Source: an uncultured Methanoregulaceae archaeon
GTDB lineage: Archaea; Halobacteriota; Methanomicrobia; Methanomicrobiales; Methanospirillaceae
Direction of reading: 5' to 3'
Length of the DNA: 64,000 nt
NCBI GenBank assembly: GCA_963737635.1
Contig: CAVTTL010000001.1
Coordinates: forward strand, 576,001-640,000
Shown: piece after piece, positions 47,589-60,067 of the stretch
Layout: every line of letters starts with the position of its first letter
Numbering within the stretch: position 1 is the first letter of the stretch
Notes under the pieces: generated by a model
Told to the model about the DNA's origin: nothing
The model's database searches: none
What the model saw: the letters and a program-made list of their open reading frames with translations, nothing else
Made by a program: the position numbers and the translations under genes

Positions 47589-48344
47589 TCACCCACCTCT
47601 CACTTTTGTCCCGCCATGATCCTTGCCGGCAAGGAAATCGCCAAGACGCGAAATCTCGAAGATATCCGCCCCGGTACCTGTTGTAGCAAGCTCGAGCAGT
47701 TCATCAATTTTCCCTTTCATTCCACCGGTTACATCGGTATGTGACGAGTTGCCGATCTGGAGAGTGTGCACGGTCTTCGGAGTGATCTCCGGGACCACGC
47801 GTCCTCCATCCAACACTCCCGGTACATCGGTGGCGAGTCCTACGCGGGTGCATTTCATCGCAACCGCAAGATAGCGCACGAGCTGGTCGCCCGACACTAT
47901 GCAGGCTCCACGTGAAAGGTCCATCACCACGTCACCGTGGATCACAGGAACCATACCAAGCGAAAGCATCTTGTCGAGATGCCTGGTCTCGAACGCGACC
48001 AGCCTGCCCTTGTCGGCAACACCCACATGAAGTGGGTGGATGCCGAGAGCCGGCACACCAGCGTCCCGGAGCGCACTGACCACCTCTGTATTAAGGGTAC
48101 TGACAACGCGATGGGTAATAGCGATCCCTTCAGATTGCCCGACCACGACACCCTGATCAAGCCGGTATCTCCGGGCCTCGGGGTGGCCGCAGGAGCCAGC
48201 ACCATGGACCACAATAAGACCTGAACCGGGTGCCCTGGCAACCGCCTCTGCGATGCCGGTTAACGCCAGATGGTTCACATGGCAGTCTGCACCCTTGTCT
48301 GTGATCACGCTGCCACCCAGTTTCAGAATGATGATGTCAGACAT
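47589..48344 (-). CDS. ipk: Isopentenyl phosphate kinase
   Basis: LKLGGSVITDK, HGAGSCGH, HGD, SGDQ, DVTGGMKGK; located between mvk and fni. Confidence 0.88.
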   Translation of the reverse strand: MSDIIILKLGGSVITDKGADCHVNHLALTGIAEAVARAPGSGLIVVHGAGSCGHPEARRYRLDQGVVVGQSEGIAITHRVVSTLNTEVVSALRDAGVPALGIHPLHVGVADKGRLVAFETRHLDKMLSLGMVPVIHGDVVMDLSRGACIVSGDQLVRYLAVAMKCTRVGLATDVPGVLDGGRVVPEITPKTVHTLQIGNSSHTDVTGGMKGKIDELLELATTGTGADIFEISRLGDFLAGKDHGGTKVRGG

Positions 48345-49206
48345 TCTTCTCCTTCCGGACCCCTTCAGTATCGATACCGGTAACAATCGCCCGCCCATCA
48401 CATGACTGAATTGCCTGTGCGACCCGGTGCCGGACTGGCTTTGCGCAGAGTGCAACCATGCAGCCCCCGCCGCCTGCCCCGGTTATCTTCGCCCCGAATG
48501 CCCCGGCCGATCGCGAAGCGAGCACCAGCCGGGAGAGCTGCGAATGACCGACGCCGAGAGCCTCGAGCAGCGCGTGGTTCATATTCATGTACCTGCCCAA
48601 TTCCTTCGGGTTACTTAAGTGGTGAATTGCGGCAAGGCTCACCCCTTCGATTGCGTTCAGAATCGGGTCGACTATCTCCGGGTTCTGTTTCTTTAAGTCC
48701 GCAACCTGTTCGACCATTTTTGCGGTGCTATGTGAAACCAGCGAATCTCCGATTACAATATGCATGTTCTGGGGTGCAAGACGCCTGCGTGATCCCCCGC
48801 AGATAAGTACGATCCCTCCATATGTGGAGACTGTAGTATCCGTGGGGCTGGCGCGCCCTTTCTGCACAGTTTTTTCGATTTCGAAAGCCATGTTTGCGAT
48901 GTCTTCCCTGCTTTTGCCGATAGTAAACTCATCGTTTATTGCCGAAAGAGTTGCGACCGTAACCGCCCCAGATGACCCAAGACCCGACGAACTGGGGATC
49001 TGCGAGTTGATATAGACGCTTCCGATTACGCCCATCGCATCAAAGCAACCGTCGATATAGGGGGATTTTGCACGCTGGGGACGCCGTGACTTTCTGACGG
49101 TTACGAAGACCCGGGGCTTGATTGCCATGGCGATGCCAGGCTTTCCGTATACTACTGCATGCTCGCCGAACAGAAATACCTTGCCCGGCGCACTCCACGT
49201 TGCCAA
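48337..49206 (-). CDS. mvk: Mevalonate kinase
   Basis: APGKVFLFGEHAVVYG, PSSSGLGSSGA, KITGAGGGG. Confidence 0.92.
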   Translation of the reverse strand: MATWSAPGKVFLFGEHAVVYGKPGIAMAIKPRVFVTVRKSRRPQRAKSPYIDGCFDAMGVIGSVYINSQIPSSSGLGSSGAVTVATLSAINDEFTIGKSREDIANMAFEIEKTVQKGRASPTDTTVSTYGGIVLICGGSRRRLAPQNMHIVIGDSLVSHSTAKMVEQVADLKKQNPEIVDPILNAIEGVSLAAIHHLSNPKELGRYMNMNHALLEALGVGHSQLSRLVLASRSAGAFGAKITGAGGGGCMVALCAKPVRHRVAQAIQSCDGRAIVTGIDTEGVRKEKNV

Positions 49207-49207
49207 C

Positions 49208-49996
49208 CTACATCACCGCAATGGCTGCATACCCCACGACTTCGTCACGGTCACCGGTAACATCACCGCTTGTCCCGTACCGGATCAGTCGCCCTTCCCG
49301 TGCCCCCAGGTACTGGCATACAGACACCATCACGCTGATCGGGCCGTACCCGCAGGCCGTCACGCGCTTCTCCCGGATCCGACGGTAGAATTCTTTTGTA
49401 TCGAGCAGGGTAAGCGCTTCGATTGCATAGAGATCCCCCTCCTTTGCTTGTGTCTCCGGCACGTAATGCGAGAAATCGCTTGAAGCAACGACACGGACGT
49501 CACGTTTTGTCAGCCTGTGGGCAGCAACAATCTTCTCAGCTAGTGCTGTGGCATGGGCCGGATCCTGCTCCCCCATCATGACAGGGACAACTCGTGACCG
49601 CGGAAACCGGTATTTGATAAACGGCATCTGCACTTCGATCGAATGTTCTTCTTTATGGGAAGGTTCGTCAATCGCAATATCAAGCGCATCGATAAATTCC
49701 GTATCTGTATCAATAATCCCAAGCGGGGTCTCCCATGGTATCGAAGAGGCACAGGTAAAATATCCGTGATGGGAGGGGCCGAGCACTACGAACGTACCGG
49801 AAAAATCCGGACTGATACTTGAAAATGCATGGGCTGCAATTTGCCCGGAATAAATATACCCGGCATGAGGACTGACGATCCCCAGTGCGTTTTTACCCGG
49901 AACAGCTCTTGAGAAGAAACCTTCCAGAAGTTGTCCAAGATCAGAAGGATCCCGGGGGTAGAACATGCCCGCAACTGCGCATGAACGCGTCTTCAT
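49208..49996 (-). CDS. MEMO1-family protein (AmmeMemoRadiSam protein B)
   Basis: AVAGMFYP, PHAGYIYSG, EHSIEVQ, SSDFSHY, CGYGP. Confidence 0.9.
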   Translation of the reverse strand: MKTRSCAVAGMFYPRDPSDLGQLLEGFFSRAVPGKNALGIVSPHAGYIYSGQIAAHAFSSISPDFSGTFVVLGPSHHGYFTCASSIPWETPLGIIDTDTEFIDALDIAIDEPSHKEEHSIEVQMPFIKYRFPRSRVVPVMMGEQDPAHATALAEKIVAAHRLTKRDVRVVASSDFSHYVPETQAKEGDLYAIEALTLLDTKEFYRRIREKRVTACGYGPISVMVSVCQYLGAREGRLIRYGTSGDVTGDRDEVVGYAAIAVM

Positions 49997-50065
49997 CGAA
50001 TCAACCCTCTGGTCGTTCTGTTATATCTAACGATCGATCCTAAAAGAGGATCGAAGGGAATTGCA

Positions 50066-50673
50066 TCAGAGCTCGGTTTCGAAATCTTCCTGCGTTAGAC
50101 CCGTCGCAATCCCCCTCAATCGTAGCATCTCTCTGGTGAGGAGGAAGTAGATCATTGACAGCGCTTTCCTGCCCTTATTGTTCGTGGGGATCACAAGATC
50201 GACAAACTTGGTCATGTTGTTGGTATCGCAGAGGGCAACTACCGGGATGCCACACTGGACAGCTTCGTTTATAACCTGGGCATCCCCAATCGGATCGGTA
50301 ACAACAACAACCTTGGGCTCGATATATCCATCGAGAACCGGGTTGGTGAGTAGGCCCGGGATAAACCGTCCGGTTGCGGACATCGCTCCAATGGTATCTG
50401 CAAACTTCTTTGCCGGGTACTGGCCGTACTGCCGGGAGGTAACGACAAGGATATCGGGTGCTTCATACTGATTCAGAAATTTCGCAACGGTCTTGATCCG
50501 GGCGTCGGTCTCGCGGATATCGAGAATATACAGGCCATCACCGCGGACACGGTAAATGAACTTCTTCATATCCTCGCTTTTCTGCTGGGTACCGATGTGG
50601 ACTCCGGCTGCCAGGTACTCCTCTACGGGGATAAGCGGTTCTTTTAATTCTATTTCCATCTCGTTTACTGGGG

Positions 50674-50677
<4 letters not shown>
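50066..50677 (-). CDS. rps2: 30S ribosomal protein S2
   Basis: [30 protein letters not shown]. Confidence 0.95.
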
Positions 50678-52049
<1,372 letters not shown>

Positions 52050-52090
52050 TCCTTGTCCTCAAAATGGTTCCGTTGTCTACAACTGGAAAA

Positions 52091-52165
52091 TGGGGTCGCT
52101 GAGATTCGAACTCAGGTCACTGCGTCCCGAACGCAATAGGATAGTCCAGGCTACCCCACGACCCC
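52091..52165 (-). tRNA. tRNA-Pro(CGG)
   Basis: GGGGTCGTGGGGTAGCCTGGACTATCCTATTGCGTTCGGGACGCAGTGACCTGAGTTCGAATCTCAGCGACCCCA. Confidence 0.93.
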
Positions 52166-52174
52166 TCGGTCATA

Positions 52175-52363
52175 TTACTGGTACGGGTTGAGCTCATCAA
52201 TGATCTCTTTATGGGTCAGAAGCATGCGCCGGCAGCAATATCGGGTGATACCGAGATCGTCGAGGATCTTTTTAGGATCCTCGCCTTTCTCCCGCCGGGC
52301 CTTAAATTCTTCCCACGCTGTAGAAATGGTTTTTCCACAAGTGAAACATCGTACGGGTATCAA
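52175..52363 (-). CDS. rpoN: RNA polymerase subunit N (Rpo10)
   Basis: [10 protein letters not shown]...RYCCRRM. Confidence 0.95.
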   Translation of the reverse strand: MIPVRCFTCGKTISTAWEEFKARREKGEDPKKILDDLGITRYCCRRMLLTHKEIIDELNPYQ

Positions 52364-52392
52364 GATTTTCGACCTCTCATATTTCTTTTGGT

Positions 52393-52794
52393 TTAACGAT
52401 AAGACTTTTGGAATTTCTTGCGTGCGCCACGACCGTGCGGTTTCTTGGTCTCTTTCTGCCGCGAGTCGTTGACGAGAAGCGTCCTGTCGTAAGCAAGATA
52501 GATATCCTTGATAGCAGGGTCATTTGTCCACTCAAGGATGCCCCGGGCAAGCGCAGTACGCACCGCCTCGGCCTGTCCCATGACCCCTCCGCCAGATACG
52601 TCGATGGTCACGTCAATTTCACTAGTCGCAGCGGGGACAAGGAGGAGCGGCTCAGCGATCTTCATACGGGTGGTCTCAGTGCCGTATTTCTCGAGGGGCA
52701 CTGAGTTGACCCGGATAACACCTTTGCCGGCCTTTATGGTCGCCCGGGCGATTGCTGTCTTTCTTTTTCCACTTGTGTTTATGATCTTTGACAT
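52393..52794 (-). CDS. rps9: 30S ribosomal protein S9
   Basis: [23 protein letters not shown]. Confidence 0.95.
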   Translation of the reverse strand: MSKIINTSGKRKTAIARATIKAGKGVIRVNSVPLEKYGTETTRMKIAEPLLLVPAATSEIDVTIDVSGGGVMGQAEAVRTALARGILEWTNDPAIKDIYLAYDRTLLVNDSRQKETKKPHGRGARKKFQKSYR

Positions 52795-52804
52795 AGTGAC
52801 CACC

Positions 52805-53227
52805 TTAGAACTTTGCCCCAAGGGCCGTGCAGACCGCTGCAAGCGTAACAAACTGCGGGTTGTTGAGCCGGTCCATATGGACGTCTTCGGGGACCTCCAT
52901 CGCCGCACCTGCAAACTGCACCGGGACACCCACGTAGCACCGGATGCGCTTCATCGCTTCGACGCCACGGGGGCGCTTATAGGGGAGCATGCCGCGAATC
53001 GTACGTTTTGTGATATGATCCGGTCGCCGGGGGAAGTATGGACCCCAGTCGGTTGACCCGCGCTCGCGCTTGTGGTAGTAATTGCCAAGCACACGTGCAC
53101 GGCTGCCAGAGATAATGATCTTTTCGACATTGACAATGGCGATCTCTTCCCCGGTAAGGGCACGCCGGGCCATTGTACTTGCAAGCCTTCCGAGGATGAG
53201 TCCGTCCCCATTAATTACGGTAACCAT
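52805..53227 (-). CDS. rpl13: 50S ribosomal protein L13
   Basis: [22 protein letters not shown]. Confidence 0.95.
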   Translation of the reverse strand: MVTVINGDGLILGRLASTMARRALTGEEIAIVNVEKIIISGSRARVLGNYYHKRERGSTDWGPYFPRRPDHITKRTIRGMLPYKRPRGVEAMKRIRCYVGVPVQFAGAAMEVPEDVHMDRLNNPQFVTLAAVCTALGAKF

Positions 53228-53234
53228 ATCTTGT

Positions 53235-53600
53235 TCACCTCAGGATCCGGACACCGCTTCCCTTGGGGTTGTCCTTTAAGAGCTGCTCAATCGTCATGCA
53301 CTGCCCTTTTGCGTCCCTGATCTTACTCGTCGCCGATTCCGAAAAATTCAGCGCAGCAATCTTTACAGACTGCTCCAGCACGCCGCTGCCCAGCACCTTT
53401 CCGGGTACAAGGATAATCTCGCCGTTGTGGGCATAGCGGTTGATCTTGGACAGGTTGACCTCTGCGTAGTTCCTGTTGGGGGTCTCCAGTCTGCCTGCGA
53501 TTTCGCGCCAGATTTTTGCCTCATTCTCCCGTGATGTGTTTTTCAAGAGCATAATGAGATTGGTAAGACGGGGGTTCGTCTTCTCAACATTTCGTGTCAT
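53235..53600 (-). CDS. rpl18e: 50S ribosomal protein L18e
   Basis: [23 protein letters not shown]. Confidence 0.95.
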   Translation of the reverse strand: MTRNVEKTNPRLTNLIMLLKNTSRENEAKIWREIAGRLETPNRNYAEVNLSKINRYAHNGEIILVPGKVLGSGVLEQSVKIAALNFSESATSKIRDAKGQCMTIEQLLKDNPKGSGVRILR

Positions 53601-54427
53601 TTCTTCTCCTCCCCTGAAATCTCGCTTGTCTGTCTCTCCAGCTCGTTTGCTTGCTCCCTGATGTAGGAAAGCGCCTGGATCATGATCTCTTTTGTGGGCA
53701 GCGACCCATCGCCCTCGACCGCAAAAATATACCGGTCGGGAGCAGCGGAAATCCTGATTGCGGGTTCATCCCCGATGCCGCTCGCGATGCAGGCTCGTTC
53801 ACAGAGCTTGCACATGGAGCAATCGGGAAGCTTGCCCTCGATAACTTCGACTTTCTTGCCTTTGACGGCAAGGATAGTGCGGGGACATTCGTCCACACAC
53901 ATCCCGCACGCGTCACAGGTCGGGCTAATCGTGATGATTGGATGGTTCTTGTACCCGCATACAAGAGTCGGCTGCCATTTTGCGTGCACTTTACCTTTGT
54001 TAAGTATGGCACGCGCTTCAATGACCAGTTTCTGCCCCTTCACTAGTTTCACGATGGGGATGTTCTCGTCCACGGGTGCAGCCTTGGGGTCCTGCGGAAT
54101 GAGGTCACTTGAGGTGACCAGTTTGGGGCCCTCAACGCTGAGCGTGTAGGTAACTGTGCAGGATGGGCAACCTGCCCCGCCGCACGAACAGTTTTCCTGA
54201 GTCGAATAACTGGTAAGATCGGTTCTGATCGGTATAAGCCCGAGGCGGTGAGCCAGCATTTCATCGAAGAGCGCGCTCGTATTATCGTAGATTCGCACAT
54301 CCTCGATAGCAAGGGTCGGCACCTCGCCGATCATTGCCCTGCGAAAGGCATTTGCAAAACCGGGCTTCGCTCCTGAGAGCGTGAATCGTGCAAGAGTGTC
54401 ATCCAGACTCGCGAATTCGATCTCCAT
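53597..54427 (-). CDS. rpoD: RNA polymerase subunit D (Rpo3) with ferredoxin-like insertion
   Basis: ANAFRR, DEMLAHRLGLIP, HAKWQP; two CxxCxxCxxxC motifs. Confidence 0.93.
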   Translation of the reverse strand: MEIEFASLDDTLARFTLSGAKPGFANAFRRAMIGEVPTLAIEDVRIYDNTSALFDEMLAHRLGLIPIRTDLTSYSTQENCSCGGAGCPSCTVTYTLSVEGPKLVTSSDLIPQDPKAAPVDENIPIVKLVKGQKLVIEARAILNKGKVHAKWQPTLVCGYKNHPIITISPTCDACGMCVDECPRTILAVKGKKVEVIEGKLPDCSMCKLCERACIASGIGDEPAIRISAAPDRYIFAVEGDGSLPTKEIMIQALSYIREQANELERQTSEISGEEKK

Positions 54428-54822
54428 CACACTCTCCTTCCCCGCCTGCCACCCTTAGGACGGCATGAGTCGTGCGGGACTGGCGTGACATCTTCTATCC
54501 TTCCGATGCGCATACCTGCCCGGGCGAGTGCACGGATAGCTGCCTGAGCACCGGGCCCGGGGCTGCGCTGTTTTCCCTGACCGGGTGCCCGTACCTTCAC
54601 ATGGACGCCGACAATACCCTTTTCACGGGCAACTGCGGCGACATTTGCCGCCATCTGCATGGCTGCATACGGGGAACTTTCATTCCGGTCCTGTTTGACG
54701 ACCATACCGCCGCTGCTTTTGGTAATGGTTTCAGCACCGGAAAGATCGGTAACCGTAATGATCGTATTGTTAAAGGAGGCAAAGATATGAGCAATGCCCC
54801 ACTTTTCCTTATCGTTTGCCAT
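54427..54822 (-). CDS. rps11: 30S ribosomal protein S11
   Basis: [25 protein letters not shown]. Confidence 0.96.
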   Translation of the reverse strand: MANDKEKWGIAHIFASFNNTIITVTDLSGAETITKSSGGMVVKQDRNESSPYAAMQMAANVAAVAREKGIVGVHVKVRAPGQGKQRSPGPGAQAAIRALARAGMRIGRIEDVTPVPHDSCRPKGGRRGRRV

Positions 54823-54823
54823 C

Positions 54824-55381
54824 TTAGTTCACTCCTGCACCAGATGGCTTGGTGATCCTGGTTCTTTCTGCATGGGCAGCGTCTACGAACGGAGATGTTC
54901 CATAATAAGAGATCCCGGACTCTTCCCCGCGGGTTACAAGATATCCAGGGATAGTGACACGCCGGCCGCCAATCGCGATATGACCGTGGGTGACGAGCTG
55001 GCGAGCCTGCTTAGGTGAACGGGCGAGGCCTTTCCGGTAGACGAGAGTCTGGAGCCGCCGCTCAAGCTGGGCCGGGACCTTGAGTGCAAGGACATTGTCG
55101 ATGTCCGCATCAGGGCCAAGGAGTCCTGCACGTTGCATGTGGCTGATAAGCTCGATTTTTTTCGTTTCAAAGACTACATTTTCAGTGCTGCTGGACTTGA
55201 GTGCGAGCAGTTCACGTGCAGCCTTACGGTATCTCCTAAGATGGCTCTGTGCCTTCCAGACCTCTCGCTTGTTGCGTAGACCGTATTCAATAACGAGCCG
55301 GGTCTCTTCCTCGATCCGGGTCTTCTCGAAAGGTCGCTTGGGTGTCTGGTAGGACTTATGGTTCTTACCCGGGTATCCCAT
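54824..55381 (-). CDS. rps4: 30S ribosomal protein S4
   Basis: [27 protein letters not shown]. Confidence 0.96.
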   Translation of the reverse strand: MGYPGKNHKSYQTPKRPFEKTRIEEETRLVIEYGLRNKREVWKAQSHLRRYRKAARELLALKSSSTENVVFETKKIELISHMQRAGLLGPDADIDNVLALKVPAQLERRLQTLVYRKGLARSPKQARQLVTHGHIAIGGRRVTIPGYLVTRGEESGISYYGTSPFVDAAHAERTRITKPSGAGVN

Positions 55382-55384
55382 GGC

Positions 55385-55846
55385 TTACTGGCCTCCTTCT
55401 TTGGTCTTCTTGACACCGACGGTCATGCCGGTTCTGCCGGTCGACTTGGTGCGCTGCCCGCGGACTTTTTGGCCGGTCTCGTGACGGATGCCCTTGTAGC
55501 AGCGGATCTTCCTCATCATGTTGATGTCTTCGTCACGGGCAAGCGCGACATCGCCACCGATGAGGTGCTTATTCTCACCAGTGTAGAGGTCTTTTGGCCG
55601 GTTTGCCATCCACATCGGGATGTTCCCGGCGTACTTCTCAACCGCGCCGCGGATCCGGTTAACAGACTCCTCATCAAGGAGGCCGAGCTTTGCGTATTCA
55701 TCAACATTTGCCATTCGGGAGATGACCGTGGAGGTATGCCTGCCGACACCCTTGATGCCAGTCAATGCTACCCGCACCGATTTCGTGCCATCCAGATCGG
55801 TCGTGCCGACCCGTACAAAATATCTTATTTCTTCTTCTTGAGCCAT
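55385..55846 (-). CDS. rps13: 30S ribosomal protein S13
   Basis: [25 protein letters not shown]. Confidence 0.96.
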   Translation of the reverse strand: MAQEEEIRYFVRVGTTDLDGTKSVRVALTGIKGVGRHTSTVISRMANVDEYAKLGLLDEESVNRIRGAVEKYAGNIPMWMANRPKDLYTGENKHLIGGDVALARDEDINMMRKIRCYKGIRHETGQKVRGQRTKSTGRTGMTVGVKKTKEGGQ

Positions 55847-55881
55847 CCAATCCCCTCGATTTTGAGATTATCTCTTTGAAG

Positions 55882-55966
55882 CGCTGAGGGAGGGATTTGA
55901 ACCCTCGAGTCCCAAGGGGACACAGGTTTAGCAAACCTGCGCCATACCAGGCTTGGCTACCTCAAC
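55882..55966 (-). tRNA. tRNA-Ser(GCT)
   Basis: GTTGAGGTAGCCAAGCCTGGTATGGCGCAGGTTTGCTAAACCTGTGTCCCCTTGGGACTCGAGGGTTCAAATCCCTCCCTCAGCG, long variable arm. Confidence 0.95.
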
Positions 55967-56333
55967 AGAGGAATCTCGCATCTTCTCAGACACTCGCAAC
56001 GGATAATCCGCTGCTCCATGAATGGTGCTTTATACTATGGTGGGGGAGGGATAATAAGTGTTGTGGGAGCTGACACTTCACCGAGCTCTTTTCGCACCTG
56101 ACGGGAAAACGTGTGTACCAGACCGACAATCTTGGAACAGTCCCCGAATTAGGTCAGAACGTCAGATGATTTCCATTCAACCGGTTAGTACTTTGAGATA
56201 CCTTAGAATAACCAATTTTGTCTTTTTTCTTGAGTCATTATATTCTTTCGTATGTTTTCTCAGTGATACTGATAAATTTCAGCAGCCCACACAATCCTTA
56301 TTAGCGCATCCTTACTGTCTTAGATGATCATCC

Positions 56334-56901
56334 ATGGAACATCCCGCACTGCTGATTATAGATATGCAGAACGATTTTGTCCGTGAGGGGGCACCGCTCC
56401 GGGTCGCCCAGGCAAACGACGTCATCCCGAAGATCCGGGACGTACTCGCCTTTTTCCGGTCAAAGAAGTTCCCGGTCTTCCATATCCTGAGGATACACCG
56501 GAGCGATGGGTCCGATGTTGAGATCACCCGGAAAGATCTTTTTCAGCCGGCACTCGTTCGCCGTTGCCGGGACACCGGGAGCGCAGGAGATCGATGAATT
56601 GACACCGATTTCAGGAGAATACGTAATCGAAAAAACCCGGATGAGTGCATTCATCGGAACCGAACTCGATCTCATGCTCCGCACTCTCGGCATTACTGTG
56701 CTGGTTGTGACCGGAGTCCAGACCCCCAACTGCATCCGTACAACGATTTTTGACGCCGTTGCATACAACTACCCAGCGATCCTCATAGAAGATGCGACGG
56801 GTGCACAATCGGAGGAGATCCACCGGGCAAACCTTCGCGATATAGCGAACATCGGCATCAGTGTCGTGAACGCAGAGTCGCTGATCAAGAGCCTGAAATA
56901 G
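56334..56901 (+). CDS. Isochorismatase-family cysteine hydrolase; frameshift in a T run near 56540
   Basis: [22 protein letters not shown] catalytic Cys. Confidence 0.85.
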
Positions 56902-56941
56902 TCAATCCTCGATACCTGCAAAACCACAAGGGAAATCTCGA

Positions 56942-57715
56942 ATGTTGTCTGGATCCGAACTTGCACTTGCAGGGCTTGCAGGCGCCGCTGCGGGCATGGC
57001 AAACGCCCTCGCCGGCGGGGGCACCCTGATCTCGTTTCCGGCACTCGTGGCACTCGGTGTCCCCGAGGTTGTGGCAAACATCACTAACACGGTCGCCCTC
57101 TGCCCTGGCTACTTTGGAGGTGCACTGGCCCAGAGGAAAGATCTTGTGGGACAAAAAAAAAGGCTGGTGTTGCTCATCCCGGCTGGGATCATCGGCGGAC
57201 TTGCCGGGGGCATTCTCCTCTTGTATGTCAGCGAACAGGTCTTCCACCTGCTCGTCCCGTTTCTGATCCTCCTTGCCGCCACATTGCTTGCGGTCCAGGA
57301 CCGGGTCCGCGATTGGATCCACCAGCATATCGGACACGACGGCACTGATTATAAAGGATGCAGGAATGCAGCCCTCCCTATCGGCCTCGCAGCAGTCTAC
57401 GGCGGGTATTTTGGGCCGGGGCTCTCCGTGATCAACCTCGCAGTGCTCGGACTCTTCCTCGATGACACGCTCACCCGGCTCAACGCGCTCAAGCAGTGCA
57501 TATCACTTGCCACCAATGTCGCCGCTGCAGTCTTTTTCCTCTTCTCCGGGCTCATAATCTGGCCGCTTGCGCTCGTGATGGCGGCAGGGGCCCTCTTCGG
57601 AGGAGCGATCGGCGGGAATGTGGCAGGCAGGATTGATCCGGGCCGGCTCCGGTGGACTATTGTCGTCATCGGAACAGCAGTTGGGCTCTATTATCTGATC
57701 CGGTTGTTCATGTAA
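56942..57715 (+). CDS. TauE/SafE sulfite-exporter family membrane protein
   Basis: [21 protein letters not shown] motifs; multiple TM segments. Confidence 0.85.
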   Translation: MLSGSELALAGLAGAAAGMANALAGGGTLISFPALVALGVPEVVANITNTVALCPGYFGGALAQRKDLVGQKKRLVLLIPAGIIGGLAGGILLLYVSEQVFHLLVPFLILLAATLLAVQDRVRDWIHQHIGHDGTDYKGCRNAALPIGLAAVYGGYFGPGLSVINLAVLGLFLDDTLTRLNALKQCISLATNVAAAVFFLFSGLIIWPLALVMAAGALFGGAIGGNVAGRIDPGRLRWTIVVIGTAVGLYYLIRLFM

Positions 57716-57776
57716 GAATCGCCTGCCTGATCCCGCATTGAACGAAAGAAAGAAAAGGATGGGTCATACCTGCCAT

Positions 57777-58553
57777 TTAAAGGGCCTTGATCAGTGACCG
57801 ACGGGTCACCAGGCCGGCCAGCTTTCCATTATCGATGATCGGCACCGTGCTGATATTCTTTGCGACCATGAGGTCGACTATCTCATGATAACCTGCACCG
57901 GTCTTAAGTGAGATCAGCGGGGCGCTCATAATGTCCCGGACAAGCAGGTTGCGGATCTGGTGATCTTGGTAATGATCTTTTACCGTCTCCCGGAACTTCC
58001 GCATCGCAACCGCCACATCGGTCTCGGTCACCATCCCAGCGATCTTATCATTTGCGGTCACAACAAACCGGGAGATCGCATCGTCCAGCATCCGGCGCCG
58101 AAGATGGACGACCCGCTCCTCGGCATCAATCGTGACCGCCCGCTCAATCGCCCCCATTATACTGCCTTCGTACGGGTATTTCTTCAACAGGTCGATGGCA
58201 GTCACCTGACCGATCAGGTTGTGGTCACCGTCGTACACAACCACCAATTTGTACCGCTGGAGCAGGGGAACAAGCACATTTATACTCTCATCTGGATAGA
58301 CACTCGTGAAATCCTCTTCGACCACGCTTGCTACATGGAAGGCAGCCGGCGCGAGCGCCGTGTTTTGCTTGCTACCCAGCTTCTCAGCAATCGCCTCCCG
58401 GGATACCGTTCCGACAACAGACGTGTTGTTGAGCGCGATGAGAGGATCGATTCCTTCGTCCAGCATCTTGTCGAGCGCCTCGGTGATTTTTGCAGATTTG
58501 GATATGGTCGTTGGCTTTGCCATGATATCCTTAATAAACAGTTCTTTTGTCAT
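57777..58553 (-). CDS. CBS-domain protein (4 CBS)
   Basis: KDIM, GMVTETD, VPII...GLVTRR motifs. Confidence 0.85.
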   Translation of the reverse strand: MTKELFIKDIMAKPTTISKSAKITEALDKMLDEGIDPLIALNNTSVVGTVSREAIAEKLGSKQNTALAPAAFHVASVVEEDFTSVYPDESINVLVPLLQRYKLVVVYDGDHNLIGQVTAIDLLKKYPYEGSIMGAIERAVTIDAEERVVHLRRRMLDDAISRFVVTANDKIAGMVTETDVAVAMRKFRETVKDHYQDHQIRNLLVRDIMSAPLISLKTGAGYHEIVDLMVAKNISTVPIIDNGKLAGLVTRRSLIKAL

Positions 58554-58567
58554 TTCGCCACTTCCTT

Positions 58568-58881
58568 TTATGATACCATCACGTTTTGAAACCCCACAAA
58601 GGTGTTGTGTTCAACGACAGCAAGGTTATTGACCTGTTCGCTGTGCACCATGCGACCGCGTACTGAAGTGTACTCACCGGCGCAACCGTTACCACATGGA
58701 CAAGCGAGTGCCAGTGGTTGACTGTCACTGCATCCTCCATCACGTCCCGTACCGTACCACGCAGGCCGGAAACAGGGGCGGATTTCATCAGATCGCTTTT
58801 CGTTACTATACCGGTAACCATGCCATGATCCATTACCAAGCTGCTCATGATGTCGCTTGCAGTAAGGGTGGTGGCTGGCAT
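58568..58881 (-). pseudogene. Internally deleted CBS-domain gene remnant
   Basis: ASDIMSS joined directly to GIVTKSDL, then VRDVM and (shifted frame) NNLAVVE; ~310 bp versus 750-950 bp for its neighbours. Confidence 0.65.
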
Positions 58882-58886
58882 GAGAC

Positions 58887-59831
58887 TTACTCCTCGGAAA
58901 ATGCCCGCACGAGATCAAATTCTGTAACGAGCCCCACAAGGCGTGAGTTTTCGATAACCGGCAACGCTCCGATGTTTTTGTGGAGCATCTCGCGGGCAGC
59001 TTCGTTGATGGGCGTTCCCGGGGTGGTAGTGAACAGGCTGCCGGCCATAAGCGTGCGCACCGGGAGGTTCATGACCTCTGCGACATTCCCGGTGACGAGA
59101 CGGGAGAAAACCTCCCTGCTACCAAGATACCGCATAATGTCGGTTGCCGTGATGATACCAAAAAGCACGTCATCACTTACCACAGGAAGGCGGCGGAACC
59201 GGAACCGTGTCATGTCTTTTGTGACAACTGCTATCGGGCTATCCGGGTCGGTCACCCGAAGGGGAGAACTCATCACATCTCCGATTAAGAGTGGGCTGTG
59301 TTCGGCGGCAAGCATCCTGAGTACGTCCCTCTCCGTCAGGATACCGGTTAAGGTACCTTGGTTATCAACAATGGGCAGCCCACCGATCTTTTTGCCCACA
59401 ATAATCCTGAGCGCATCGACAATGTGGGCATCATGCGAAAGCACTTCGGGTTTTGCAGTCATAATCGTGCGAACGCTCTCATTGACCGCTGCAGGAAAGT
59501 TGCCGTTATGCCTGATACTGACGAGACGGTACTTGTCACCTCCACCCATGAAATTGATCACATCACCTGAGGTGACGATCCCCCGGAGCTTCTTTGTCCC
59601 GGCATCGGTGACGGGCAACCGGCGGAACCCGCATTCCGTCATCATCGCCACTGCGCTAATGATGCTTTGCGTCGGCGGCACGGACAGAACATCACGTGTC
59701 GCGATTGACATCACCTCGCCTTCCTGCTGTACTATATGGGATTTGAACTCGACCGGGCCCCGGTCGAGTTTTCCCCGCATTTTCAGAAGCCGGTCGCCCT
59801 GTTTGGCGGCAGCCTGCCCGTTCCGGTACAT
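58887..59831 (-). CDS. CBS-domain protein (4 CBS)
   Basis: FRRLPV x2, GILTERD, GLVTEFD. Confidence 0.88.
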   Translation of the reverse strand: MYRNGQAAAKQGDRLLKMRGKLDRGPVEFKSHIVQQEGEVMSIATRDVLSVPPTQSIISAVAMMTECGFRRLPVTDAGTKKLRGIVTSGDVINFMGGGDKYRLVSIRHNGNFPAAVNESVRTIMTAKPEVLSHDAHIVDALRIIVGKKIGGLPIVDNQGTLTGILTERDVLRMLAAEHSPLLIGDVMSSPLRVTDPDSPIAVVTKDMTRFRFRRLPVVSDDVLFGIITATDIMRYLGSREVFSRLVTGNVAEVMNLPVRTLMAGSLFTTTPGTPINEAAREMLHKNIGALPVIENSRLVGLVTEFDLVRAFSEE

Positions 59832-60067
59832 GAATAAACCCCTCTTTCTGCTTGCCCGGACCGAATAACATCCGCCTCCTCTTTAAAGAAAGGATGGTAT
59901 GCGTTCCAGCGAATACATCGCACTTTCTTCTTTTCCGGCCCGTGTGATTTTTGAAGTGCTTTTGTCCAAATTGTTTTCTGTACAAGGAAACTGATTAATG
60001 GGTTTGTACGGTTATGTTCGTTCCATACCAATCCCATCGTCTCCAGTTTTTCAGGACCGATGTCATA

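Noticed and set aside
53597-54427. Fe-S ferredoxin-like insertion in RNA polymerase subunit D as a novelty
   Set aside because: Already described for Rpo3 in several archaeal lineages.
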